Assembly: GCA_010405405.1 (NCBI GenBank)
Contig: MU004236.1
Location: forward strand, 793,457-857,456
Origin: Microthyrium microscopicum
Lineage: Eukaryota
Reading direction: 5' to 3'
Length of the DNA: 64,000 nt
Shown here: in pieces, positions 13,785 to 26,819 of the stretch
Layout of the letters: every line of letters starts with the position of its first letter
Numbering within the stretch: the stretch's first letter is position 1
Position numbers and translations under genes: made by a program
The notes under the pieces: model-generated
Told to the model about the DNA's origin: nothing
What the model saw: the letters and a program-made list of their open reading frames with translations, nothing else
The model's database searches: none

Positions 13785-14049
13785 GTTGATCAGGTATTGG
13801 GTTGGTTGAGGCGCATCTTCGATAGAAGATGGCAGTATCTTTCTGCGAAGATCGTCCTGGCCTATCTCAGGGATAGGTAGCGCTCAATCTCGAATTCTCA
13901 GGCTTGGGTTTGGATGGTCGTCAAACATGAAGCGCATTGATGCACCACGACTTTTTTGCTTAGTCATTCCCATGTGTTTGATCCGTGACCCAACTCGACT
14001 CCAACTTCATTCTTCAATCTTTTTTCATCTCATCACGTACCAAACATCC

Positions 14050-14289
14050 TATCATTTATTCCTAGCGTTACGGAGGAATACTCGGCGCGCGCGCTGTGTG
14101 TAAGCCTTGCGAAACCACTACATCAACGTATGCGTATTTGTCATGAACACAGCTGTAGGTAGACCAACATTTCTTAAACAGGAAGAAATGGCCACTTTAG
14201 GAAATGCGAAGATCAATAAAGCAGTTTGTGCATTGATCGCCCTACATTGGCATAATTCTGCACAATTGCGTCAATCATCCTAGCTTAAG
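14050..14289 (+). repeat. Left copy of ~235-bp dispersed inverted repeat
   Basis: tatcatttattcctagcgtta...gcgcgcgcgctgtgtgtaagccttgcgaaaccactacatc...ggaagaaatggccactttaggaaat matches the reverse complement of 21559-21792. Confidence 0.9.
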
Positions 14290-14810
14290 AAAAGAAGTGT
14301 ACATGTATATGTAGATTCATTGTAGGCATGGGAACGTGGGACTTGAATCTCCCCGCACATGTACTTGATTTGAAGTACACTCCCATCAAGTAGTGCGATG
14401 GCCGCCATCGACTACGTTCAATATCAAGTGCGTTTACTCCCATATGGTGCGATGTGCAAACCATTCATTTCAATGATACCGTAATAGGAGAAAGTGACGA
14501 TTTCTGATTTACATGAGCCAATATGAGCTTTCGATGCTTACTAGGTTAACCAAAAAAATTCAAATAAAATGAAACTCGATCTTTTTCAAAACCAGTTCCG
14601 CTACCTGGCAGTTGGTCGTCATGTACCAAAATCTATTAGTAGTACAGGTGCTGTGGCCAAAGACTCTAATTTGCTGACTAGCTTGGGTGTCCCCGCACCA
14701 CTTAATGGAATCTTTTACGCCCTTCCACAAATTTCATAGCTTCGCTTTATTCTCAACCCGTCAACTCTAAGCAGTCCCATTTCCCGTACTTCTCAAAGCT
14801 TTCAGCGTTT

Positions 14811-16233
14811 ATGGCAGAACCGCCGAGTGAGGCCGAAGAGCTTACATTTGCTTCCTTTTGGGATAAGCGATATCAGGATGGCGGTGCGGACACTTCTAAT
14901 ACCCAGCCAACTCACGAGTGGTTTCGGGGCTTTGAGAGCTTGAAACCATGGCTTTCGAAATATCTTTTTGATGCCAGGTAAGGTCCACTTGGCAGCTATA
15001 TCTTTCGTCAAGTACAACTAATAAGCTTTAGGCCTGCTGAAACGGCTCCACTTATCCTGCATTTAGGTTGTGGTGATAGCGTAAATCTAACGATACACCT
15101 CTGAAAGAGAATGGACAAATCAAACCGATGTGCTCCCATCGAGTGCGATAATGGCCATCGGATTTGATGGGAGCACTACGATTTCTTTTCTCAGTCGTTG
15201 AGAACACGATCATGCTAACTAATGATTTGTATCTGCAGACTGTTCCTCATGGTTTATATGTTTCAGGCTACACGCACCAAATTTGTGTCGACTTTTCGAC
15301 AGTAGTAATCAAGCAAATGGCTGAAAAATTTGCCATGGATACTGGAATTGAATGGAAATACGCAGATGTGCGTGAATTGCCAGAGCCTGATCGTAGTGTT
15401 GACGTTGCCTTCGATAAAGGCACGCTTGATGCGATGATATTTGGCAGTCCTTGGTGAGTTTTCTCCAGATCTGACAAATTTGTAGCATGATCAAAGCTAG
15501 CCATCGAGTAAGGTGGGAGCCATAGACTGCGATGAGGTTGAATTCACGGCCATACTTGGTCGAAAAGAACCTACTAAGATCCAGATCGAGTACTCTGACT
15601 TAGAGATGGCGTTCATACCTCCATGACTCACCCAGTGCAATAAGGGAGTCTCTAGCACCGATTGATCAATAACTCATAGCAACTGCCCTTGAAGAGAGAG
15701 TGTGCTTCATTCTGACCATTCTCAAATACCATGCGGCTCCAGATTACAGATATGCCATCACATTCTTTAGTTCCCATCACACTCCTTGGCTCTAATCGCA
15801 CTCTATGGCTTTTATCTCGTGCTATGGCGAGAAATGATTTTATACTCAAACTTTTCAGGAGTCCACCAGAGACAGTAAAAGAGAATACAGGTCGATACAT
15901 GGATGAGGTAAGTGCCCCCGTGCTCTCGATAGGGACCTAAGAATTGCTAACTCGAGGAAGGTTACAAGAGTGTTGAAAGACGATGGTGTGTTTTTGTATG
16001 TCACTTACAGGTAAGAAGATATAGGTAACTTGCAACCTTGTCATACACTTATAAGTTTCAGGCAGCCGCATTTCGTAAAGCCATTACTCAATCGGGACGA
16101 ACGATGGGATCTCATTGTTGAAACTCTATCTGATGGGGAAGGGTCGTTTGACTATTTTGCATTCGTCCTAAAGAAGAAACTACAACTGGATCTTATCCAA
16201 AGGCTACCTCTGGATACAGTGGAAGCTCAATAA
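14811..16233 (+). CDS. Class I SAM-dependent methyltransferase, EEF1AKMT4/ECE2-N-terminal-like; multi-exon
   Basis: Spliced translation MAEPPSEAEELTFASFWDKRY...HEWFRGF...ILHLGCGDS (motif I), VDFSTVVI, ADVREL, DVAFDKGTLDAM, RVLKDDGVFLYVTYRQPHF. The family call rests on the FWDxRY/HEWF and DKGTLD motifs. Confidence 0.85.
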
Positions 16234-16827
16234 GATCAGAGGAAGTCTTACTCAAGAGTAGAACTTAATACACGATATTACTGATTTGCGTGAGGCAAAA
16301 GTTTGGGGGTAGCATTCGCTGGCCGGCTGTACGTATTCACGAGGCACTTACTTGAACTACCTAGACTCTAGACCGCCACGTCTTCTGTCACACATGTATG
16401 TGGACAGAAAGATACGCTTGGCTACCTAGGTAGCTATTGTTCGACACGACAACATCGTTATTAACTATCGGCATGACGCAGAACTTGGTACAACCTCGAA
16501 CTAGTCGAATACAACCACTGTGCTGCTGTATCACGCGCGATAGAAAACGAATTGTTCGCAATACCTGATCATGCAATTACCCGAACACAATTCATTGCAC
16601 AATGTCCGTGCGATACTGAGAATCGACTTGGTGACCTTGTCCATTCTAGAGAAGTTGGAAGTAAGTAGCCCAGAGCGAATGGAATCATTTTTAAACTTCT
16701 TGTCTTCTGCTTAATGAGCCTATACTCACAGCAGAGATATTTTCCCACAGTCAACGGCCTTTTAGCCAGATGTGTATTGTTGCAAGTATCTATATCCTAA
16801 GCGAAATATACCTACAAGTAGGAGAGG

Positions 16828-19800
16828 ATGGCAGCCGGAATCATTACCAAAATTCGTCGAAAATGGAAGCGTGACGAAAGAAAGGTGAGTTCTTCAAGTT
16901 TAGTAAACATTTTGATAGCCTAAGTTTAATGACATGATTAGGACACAAGCAAGCAAATACATAAACCTGTGTCTATGATAGGGCCCTCCTCCAGTCAACT
17001 ATTCACGTCGACAACTGCTAGCATTCTTAGTTCTGCACAGCATGACGAATCATCTAGGGATGAACATAGCGAGAATGGCTTATCGCATCATCAACCCATG
17101 GACCGAGCGCTTATGATACATCTTGAGACTTGCTCTCGAGCTGCTTGCCCCTGCTCGGACTTGGATGATCTAGAGCATGGGATAGGTACACTGGACACAT
17201 CTTCCAAAAGTGATAAAACTTGGATTAGAGAGAAGTTGCAGAAGTCTATGCCAACACTCAAAGCTCTTCAGCCATGGATTGAAATCATTGATGCGGTTTC
17301 TCAAGTGAATCCAATCTCTGGGCAAGTCTCTGGCTGTGTCAAGGTCGCTTTGAAGGTAATGCCAAGTTCTCAAGTTCTTAACAATCGAAACTTGAATAAT
17401 TTCACTTACAACGAGATTTCTTTTAGTTGGCTGTGGTGATCGGAGACAAATATGACGAAGTGGTAAACTCTTTACAACACATTCGAGAGTTATTGATCGT
17501 TTTGGATTTGTATCAGAAAGATGGCTTGCACCCTTCCATGGTAAATGTATTACACCTAAGGTTCTAAATCCTGTTCAGTTTCCACTATACTGATTGTTCT
17601 ATAGGATATCATTGAGGCCTATGTAGAGATATTTGCGTTCATCTGTAGCGAAAACGCGCATCAACGCTCTCGCAAGGAGATCGAAGATCGGCTTGCAAGA
17701 AGCGTACATCGATTCGAGTCTAAGGCTACTCCAATGATGCTGAAAGACCTTGGAGAATTACGCATGCTTCTAACAACTACAGAGATCAAACAAAAAGGTA
17801 TTCTTAAGCTTAATCATTCAATCTACTTTAGCTCCAGCCTTGACACATCACAGCGAGCGATTGCCTGAAGGAAATACATGAAACTGGGACACACAATGAA
17901 GAGAGTATTGATATCACACGCCCAGCTCAGGGAACTTGCAATTGGTAAGGTCTTCTAAGTTTTGTCATTGCCTGATTCATAAGCATGGGTCTTAGGAGAG
18001 GACTTACACTTCTCTTCTCCGCCTAGAACAAGTGCGTGCCTTACAGCAAACGTGTACTAATGAGATTCTAAGGGTTTACGATTGCTCAACATCCATAGAA
18101 ATACAGCCCTGGCGTGATTGGAGAGATTCCAAAAATTCCGGCATTTTGTTGTTGACTGGCGGCATTGGAGCTGGCAAGTCGACTCTTGCTCTAAACGTTG
18201 TTGATGCGCTTCGCAATCATCCAATTGAAAACTACAGGTCTGTCAGTGCTTCGTTTTGCAAAGCGCAAACAGGTAAGACAGTTCTGTGTCAAATTACATT
18301 CCTTGACGACGTCTCGATCAAACCGCTTAGGGATGGCTGCCAACATTTGATGGCTCCCATAGAATGCGATGCTGATCGAGTTTTATGGTTACCAAGAGAT
18401 GCGATGGTCGTAGTATCTTTTATAAGCGATCTCTGGTTGTCATTCCATGCTGAGAACTTCTAGGTCACAACAACTTCCTGGCGATTTTACGTGGACTACT
18501 CTATGGAGTCTCACAAGAAAATGAGGAAGCACTGGACAATCTTGTGCGCTATGGAGACAAATCCAATTCTGGCAAGGCAGGAAAAGACTTCAATGCCTTC
18601 CAAAGAGATTCCGGGCTTCGTGAATGCTTCAAAAACAGCATTGCATCCCGAAAGAAGGAGGTTTGTCTTGTTGTTGACGGCTTAGACGAATGCGAAAAGA
18701 ACTCCCGGCTGCAGCTCCTAGATTTCTTCATTACCATCATAAAAGATGCCGAAAGCGTCAAGTCGAGTCCACCTGTGAAGGTTTTGATTCTTTCCCAGCC
18801 ACTAAGTACAGTGATCGAAAAGCTGAGAGGACTACCCTTCTTGGTAAGACTTGATTTGGAGAATATGCGAACGTCCGATGAGACACGGCGGGTTATAGAA
18901 TATTACGTTGGATCTAGGCTACCTCAGCTAGTTCCCTCGCTTTACCTTCAACTAACTTCACAACTACTGGAGAAGTCAGAAGGCTGTCTTCAATGGGTAG
19001 TGGTGGCTATAAATTTCCTCAGCGAAGCCGGAGTAAGCAGTCTCTTCGATGTTGGACGAGAGCTGGAAGAGCTGTCAAACGGCTCAGGGGGTTTGTCTGA
19101 CACGTACTTAAAGCTTTTTGCCCGACAATTCGAAGGTACATTGGCTGACTATGCCGATTGTGCCTTGCGTTTGATAGCTGGCTCAGCTAGACTGCTGACA
19201 ACCAGAGAGCTTGCGAATGCCATGATATTGAGATCAAGTACGCTGAATAGCAGCATATCGTCCAAGAAGGATTTCGAGGAAAAGGTAATGCTTGTTTACA
19301 AATCCCTTCCTTTGGTAATCTTATACTGACCAACGTCAGGCACTGCTTCATCGCGTGAAATGTCTGGAGCCTTTTGTCAACATTTCCAGCAGCTCAACGC
19401 GGATTTCCATGCACAATTCGTTGAAGGAACTCATATCTAGTGTTTCGAGTCTGAAAACACCCCGTAGCAATTCATCTATTGGTGGTATTAGCTCGCTAGA
19501 CTTGAGCACGGTATTAGCCAATACTTGCTTGGACTTTCTTCTCCTACCATATTTCAGAGAACATGATGTCTGGGCAGACTTTGAATTGGACTACGAAACT
19601 GACGATTGGTTGATGCGTGTCCAATCAGACAATAATGAAGATGATAAACCTGAAGAGGGAGAAAAGGGGCCGGCATTCTTCGCTTATGCTGCCAAATATT
19701 GGGCTTTACATCTTGCTAGTTCAGAGTCCCCCTCGCAACTCATCCATAAGTCCATCACCTTATCAGAGACAGGATCACGACAATGCTACAACTGGTGGAA

Positions 19801-21136
19801 ACAATATAATTCTGGAATGTCGTGGGAATCACCACAGAACCCAAGCCCACTCCTTGTCGCTATTTGGTTTGGTCACAAGTTTACTGTCCAAACCATTGTA
19901 CAAAACTCAAATGTTGAGCCAAGTTCTGCTCTTGCAACTGGTGCAATTGATTATGAGGCCCTGGAACTTGCAATAAGCGTGGGCGATGTTGACCCGTTTC
20001 GGTTGTTATTTGATGCCGTGGAAGATGAGCAAATCGAAGCCAACGGGTAGGTTATGGCATATGACGGCGGCTATTAATGGTTGGAAACTGACAAATCACA
20101 GGCATTATCTGTTACTGTCCGCCCTTGAGAGCCAACAGAAAGATATATTCAGTATACTGATCACCGATTCGAGGATTAAACTAACGCATCGAACGAACTC
20201 GAGCAGCGAGCCACGAGGCCGTACCATACTCTCGAAATTGGCTAGGAATGGTAATTCTCAAAGCTTGCAATCTCTTCTGAAACTTTTGCAAACGAGCAGG
20301 CGAGGCGAAGTCGAGGCTCTTCTTTCTGACGAGGGCGACCAAAGCAACGAACCGCTTCCAGGAGGATGCTCACCTCTTTGGTACGCCGTCAATTATGGGT
20401 ATACTCCATTTGTGGAATTAATTTGCAGCTTGGATGCAGACCTTATTCGTTCTCAACTACATTGTATCGGAACATTTGGTGATCATATCTTGATTGCCGC
20501 TGCACGAGGTGGAGACGAACGCATCATGAAAACGCTGCTAAATCTGTGTCCAGAATACGTCGATAAGCCAGGTGAGTTGGGTATTTATCCTTCATTGTTG
20601 TACATCTGGTAAAGTTCAACGGGTGAAACTTGGAGGAAGGCATCCTGAAAGCTTACCAGTTGAATGACATGATAAATGGTGCTCTTCCATTAAGTTTCAC
20701 ATTTCCCATTCCGCTTTATGCGTAGAAGGTGCTTAAATTCCCAGCGCATTTGATGGGAGTTTAAAGGTATCTCATATTCATCGGAAAGCAAGAAAACTAA
20801 CTAAATCTAGGTCCTGGAAACCATACGCCACTCTCCATGATCAGGTATAATTCGGATTACAAAGCTCCAAGGGTTGCCAGAGTTCTTCTAGACACATGCA
20901 AGGTAAATATCGAATCTACTGATGAGCATGGTAATACTCCATTGATGGGAGCATTTAGAGCTGGTAAATTGGAGCTCTGCAAAGTACTCCTTCAACATGG
21001 CGCCGACATCTCCAAGGTCATCAAATCCTCCGAACACGACAGCCATATATGTCTCGCAACCACTGGCTTTCCTGCGCAAGACCACAAGATGCAGAATGAC
21101 CTTTTCGAGTTCTGTCGCCGGTTGAATCGTGTTTAA
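16828..21136 (+). CDS. NLR-like STAND protein: helical N-terminal domain + NACHT NTPase + ankyrin repeats; many exons
   Basis: GTCNW pre-P-loop, Walker A LLTGGIGAGKST, Walker B CLVVDGLDEC, KVLILSQP, post-NACHT YAAKYWALH, and ankyrin-type motifs SPLWYAVNYG, HILIAAARGG, GNTPLMGAFRAGKLELCKVLLQHGAD. The frame is maintained across the splice junctions I checked. Confidence 0.88.
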
Positions 21137-21558
21137 GGGGATCGGAGGCTAGACGATTCAGCATGTGGGCATGAGAAGCAGATCCAAGCATCACGAACCA
21201 GAAAACAGCACATTAGGGGCTGGATAATTACTTCCTAAATGTTGGCTGTCCTGCCTTGGTTATCTTGAGTGGCCGGTTTCGACTCTGGGTTGTTAGACGA
21301 AAAGACATGCCAAGTCAAACTGTAGCATAACACGCAGTTCATTTATATCAGTCATTTGCGCTTACGGCACAATGTTGCCAGGTAGAATCATCAATGCTGA
21401 TAAACTCCATTATAATCAGCTTGCCTTGAAGCGAATGTCGTTCCTGTTTGGGACAGTTCGGTGTTTTGTTACAGGTAGTTCATCTAATCCAGCACATGTA
21501 AGGGGAGATTTAGATCCCATGGTTCTATAGTCATTATGGATCTAGACACGTCTTTCCC

Positions 21559-21792
21559 TAAGGTAGAATAATTAACGTAATTACATAGAATTATGCTAAT
21601 ATAGGGCAATTAATGCATAAACTACTATGTCAATTTTCGTATTTCCTAAAGTAGCCATTTCTTCCTATTTAGGAAATGCTAGTCTTAAGCTATGTTTATA
21701 GCAAACACGTATACGCCGATGTAGTAGTTTCGCAAGGCTTACACAGCGCGCGCGCTCCAAGCCTTCCCCCATAACGCTAGGAATAAACGATA
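21559..21792 (-). repeat. Right copy of ~235-bp dispersed inverted repeat (more RIP-mutated)
   Basis: Reverse complement aligns with 14050-14289. Differences are dominated by C>T/G>A changes. Confidence 0.9.
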
Positions 21793-21972
21793 CCCAAGAT
21801 ATATGAGGTACGATTCAATCTATTTACAAAAGGGAAGAAGGGTATCTATAATTGCATCCAGCCAGTAACGCCAGATGTGTAGAAATCCTCTTTACCATCA
21901 AGAATAGGGTTGTAGCTGACGATGATCTATTACATGTTCGTTGACTCAAAGCTTTCCGTGCTCTCAGTCATT

Positions 21973-24900
21973 CTAGAGGGGTGGATATTCTGCCGATGGT
22001 GACCAATTTGATTGTTGTATAGATGGAATGCTTGACTGTCTCCGTTGATACTTGCGGGAGCGTTTGGACTGAAGCTCAGCGTAAAATTCTTGACATAGTC
22101 GTTCCACAACATACGACTCCACAACGTCGCTCTCGGCTTCCCTGTCGTCTCCCGGGCGAAAACTGCCACATATCATCTTCTGAACCTTTCCAGTCCAATG
22201 AGTATGATCTACAACATCACTATTCAAGATTAGCAAGGTGATCGGCTTCAAATTCACCAGTATACGTACGGAAACGGTTGACCGTTGATAGTGTACTCTT
22301 GTTCAAGGCAAAGCTGATCATCAAGGCGTTGGAGCCTGCTTTTCGACGTCGGATCATGACCTACGCGAATGAATTGTATTGTGTAATGGCGATCCTTCAA
22401 ATTCGGCCATCTACTCGTCATTGCTCTGATGAAGGCGACAAGCTCTGTTTCTACCTTGTTTTCTGGTTCCATATCGGACCAAAGCCCATCAGTGATGACG
22501 AGTAAAGTGCTTGCGCGAGGTGGACTGGATTTTGGGAGTTGCAGATACTCGGTGTAGCGTTTTTGTAATATTTCCGCCATATCCGTCCTCTTCTCGACTC
22601 TACCTTCCCTCTGCCAAATTTGTGGGCTGAGAAGTACTTCCCGAAACTTGTCTGCGACGTTAGATTTGACCATTGGTAGAGAATCAAGGCTGTTAGTAAA
22701 GTATAAGCTCAATCCATTTTCAACACAGCCCGTCATATGTTGGGCCAAAGTTTCCACGATAAATGCCACAAGAAAGCGGGAGTGTTCCGAAGAGCTAGAA
22801 TTGTCGACAATAATAGTCTAAGCATGGTTTAGTGAACTGTTCACTATATCTCATGGTATTGACTCACGATATCTCGGTTCTGCAAACGAGTTGCGAAATA
22901 ATCAGATCCGGATCGTTTCTCACCAGACTTGAAAATTCCTTCAAATTTTTGCATAAATCCTTTTGAATTACTCACGGAACGACTCATTCTTCGCCGAGAT
23001 GTGAAGATGTCGTATGGCAGTTCCTCAATTGATTGTGGATCTGCATTCCGGTACGAGTTTGAAAGGCCGTAGTTATGTGGCTGTTGTGAGAGTTGAGCGT
23101 CTGATTGTTTTGGGCTGGATAATGGAGTGCGAATTACTTCAAAAGAAGCCGAGCTTCGTTGGTCTTTAATGTTCTTGTGACTATGAAATGATCCTTGAGG
23201 TGTATTGGGAATATGAAGACCTGACGTGAGAGGAGCAGAGACAGGGTAAGACGGTTGGCCATCTGGCCTAACGGTTGGGATCTCATCATGCCCAAGCTTC
23301 GGGCTAGAAATTCGTGGGCTCTGAGGTTGATCTATGGCTGGTTCTTTTGCACTGTTCGTGGTGCTCATTTCCTCGGGCCTACCTTGAAGAATTTCCATGC
23401 CTGGACTACATCCTTGCAACTCTATCGGCTGAACTGGTCCACCATTTGTCAAAGTCTCGTTAGCCACTAGTGCTCGGGGACGAGGTTCTTTGAGAGTTTG
23501 TTGAACAGTTAGATGCGCTGAAGGCCTACTAATTGACAGCTTTGGTACATCTAAACTAGGAGTCCGCACGCTGAGAGGCTTTGGATATAACGGTTGTTGA
23601 TCCGTGGTCTCTACTGGTTGTTCAGACTCGCGGTGCGTAGAGAGTGTGGGTACTAAGCTTGTTGTGGGTTGTCTCACTGGCGAGCGAGAAGAATTAGGTA
23701 TAGACACGCGTCTGCGATGGGAAATGCCACCGAGTTGAGGTTGCATCCCCTCAGGCTGTGGTGGTGCTTGCTTGTGGCGTTTGCTTAGAATTTCTTGCAA
23801 AATTTCTTTCCGATGAGGAGTTGGCGTTAGGACAACTTTGTCAAGCTTGTCTGACTTCTCAATGCGTCTTGATTTAGTTGATCGCTGGAATGGAATGGTG
23901 AAGGTCTTTGGTCCTACGGCTATGTGGAATCCATTCTGGCTAGAGTTGGAAGACTCAGACGTAGCCTCATAAGCTGCTCTCTCAATGGCCAGAAGAAGTT
24001 GATCTATTGATGCATCGTCATCGTGCTCTGCAATGATGCCCTCTTTGATTTTTTTCTTATAAGCTGTGTCTGCAAGTTGTTGATGATCTGCCCATTTCTC
24101 ACATATGACCGTGAAGCCTAGACGAGAGGACGCCTTTGGGAGCAGCATATACCTTTCGACCAACTCCAGGACAAAAGCTGTGACCGTATCGCAAACTCGA
24201 ATGCTATTCTTCAAGCGCCGAATCCAGCCTTCGATAGCGGGGAGCATTTTATGCCCGTCGTGAAAGGAGTCCTGGGCAGCCAAAGACGCTGACTCGTCAA
24301 ATATGGCCCTCAGATTTCGGTCGTGCTTCTCGTCTTTGTCATTGATCTGCCTAATGCTCATTATCCGAAGCTTCTCGAATTGTAAGACGCCTTGGCGTCC
24401 CAGCACAACCCAGGTAGCAAACACGAGGAGAACGCAACCAAACGACCAAGTGTCGATGTTGTGAGTCACTTGTTTACCATCCTGGATCTCGGGTGCCCCT
24501 TAGTGTTGTTAGCGTGACCTAAAGCATAAAAGCACATCAGTCATATATACCATATGTTTTCGTAAACCCTGAAGCTGCTAGCATATCTCCTTGTGTGTCA
24601 CGACTAAATGCTGAAAACCCAAAATCTATCAGCTTGAAGTTGTTTTTCACGATTAAAATGTTATCTGGTTTAACATCCGAATGACAACTACGTATAAGTT
24701 AGTGAGTTGCCAGGTAAATGTGAAGCCACATGACAAGCCTCAGTGAAGTAATACATACCCTCGCCAGTCGGAGTCAGGAAGCTGCAGATTTTGCATTTTC
24801 TTGAGGACCAATGCAATATCAAAAACACTATTATAGGAGCGCAGAATCTCCTCCATCGACGCTGGAGGTGAGATACCTGGGTCCGCCATATATTCGTCTA

Positions 24901-25914
24901 GATCCTGTGCACCGTATTCTAGCAAAAGATTGTGGCGTTCTTCCCAAGCGTGACCTGTATATTCGGAGATTGAGAACGAACCAAAATAGCGAATGATGCC
25001 ATCAAGACGAAATGTTTTTGAAGAACGTTCTGGTGGTGATAGACGTGATAGTATATTCTTCTCATGGTGGAAAAGAGTTTGAAACTCGTTGGAGTACGAC
25101 TTCAAAGCCATGATGTAACACTGAGGCGAATTAGCATAGATCCAATGGGGGACACACCGAAGTCACGAACCTTTCCGTGTTTCTCCAATCTCTCTGGGGG
25201 ACCAAGTGTGTTCCGTAAGGTTTCTCCAACGAATATCTCGGGGACAGCTACCTTGTAAACGATCGACGTGCCGCCTTCGCCAATTCGGATCTTTTCACAG
25301 AAAGGCAGCACAACAGCTTCCGTATAGTGCTCCGCCATACCTAGATTGATCTCAACGACACAAAACGACCATTTTGAGTCTTCCCATGCTTTAATGACAT
25401 CCTCTAGCAATTCATTGTTAGGATATCGTTCCTGTAGATGCTGAGACAGGGCGTCTCCGTAGATGCGCCCCTCAAGATGTGTCTTGTCAATGTTTGCATC
25501 CACAAAATGGGCATCTCGAAAGTCTTTGAGAAAACGGCCATGGCCAACCGCTAACAAGATAGCGAGAACTCGGACGCATCGTTGCTTGCCCTCAAGAATA
25601 TCCTCACGAGATATCGGGAATGGTGACTGGCCTGTATTGTGGTCCGGCGTCCTTTGAGAAAGCTCGTCGATAATGTCATCGATATTGTCTTCGATCCATC
25701 TTTCAATAGCGGGGGTGTTATAAAAGGTGTACCGCCCAGGCGCGTCCCCTTCATCTTTACTGGCGCCATCATCAGAGTATTCTGGTGATGTGTAGTGAGA
25801 TAGGCTCCATTGTTGCTTGAGTAAGCGCTGAAATGTCTCCGACGGGCTTTTACGCTCTTCTCTTTCGCGGCTGAGCTCTCGGCTTTCGAATTGCACGGCC
25901 GGTCGCGCAGCCAT
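21973..25914 (-). CDS. Ser/Thr protein kinase with long low-complexity linker and C-terminal vWA domain; multi-exon
   Basis: Gly loop IGEGGTSIVYKV, ALKSY, spliced catalytic loop CHSDVKPDNIL, LIDFG, GAPE, IDTWSFGCV. The C-terminus has IIVDNSSS (MIDAS DxSxS), LVITDG, IQFIRVG and DVVD...VQKMICGS. Stop at 21973. Confidence 0.85.
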
Positions 25915-26819
25915 GACACGAAACGAGTTTGACGACCTGACTGCACTTGACTGCGCTATTTTCAAAAAGAGTTGTTAAATATAATGGCGGTAGGACTCAG
26001 TCTTCGCTAGGTGGGAAGCTCGAAGCTCCAATCTACTATGCACTGGCCGTTGTTGACGGCTAACAACGCACTTGAGATGGTGATTATGAGAGGAGTTTAT
26101 GTAGAGCTCATGGTCAGTGAAACTAAGAAAACAAACTTTTCAGTCATGGGAAAATGAATGGGAATGTTGTGTCACCCATGGAAGCATGGACGGACAGCGT
26201 ATAAGAGGATTGAACCTCAGCCTGACGACGATTCAAGGCCAAAATACATTGTGTTGCCCACTTCGATGTTTGATGGGCTGAGCATATCGCAACCGGCAAG
26301 CAGCCGCACCCGTCAAATGGATCCGCAAAGTCCCTACGCAGTGGGAAATCTTCTCTCATGCTCCACTCCACAGACAAGCCTCTCAGCCTGATGCATATTA
26401 TCCTGATGGTGGGTACGAAAAGGGTTCGGCCTTGACATTGGCAGGCGCAGTCGCGCAGCATGCGGGTTCGCTCTCAGCTCAATTCGCCCTATCATCAATG
26501 CTTCTGGCACAAAGGTCAGCCCACTATTGACGAGCCGTAACTCAGAGGTCTTTTGTGCAAGGCACAGCCGGTGAGAGGTGTTCTTTCATAACCAATCGTT
26601 AGAGGGAAAGAAGTTGGAGGCCGGCGAGCGGCAGTTGGACTCGAGTGAGGCACGTCCACGGAATGGTAGTGCTAACCTTCTTGGGAATAGCGCGCAATTT
26701 CTCTACCCTGCCGCGCCTACTACTCTACTGACCGGACTGCGCTCTTGTTCTTATTGCTTTCATAAGTAACGCTACTGGTCGCTTGAGATAAGTTACAATA
26801 CATCGGCCAAAGCATGTGT

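Noticed and set aside
15454..15858. 405-nt intron in the methyltransferase gene as a possible insertion
   Set aside because: Longer than typical, but I saw no repeats, termini or credible ORF in it.
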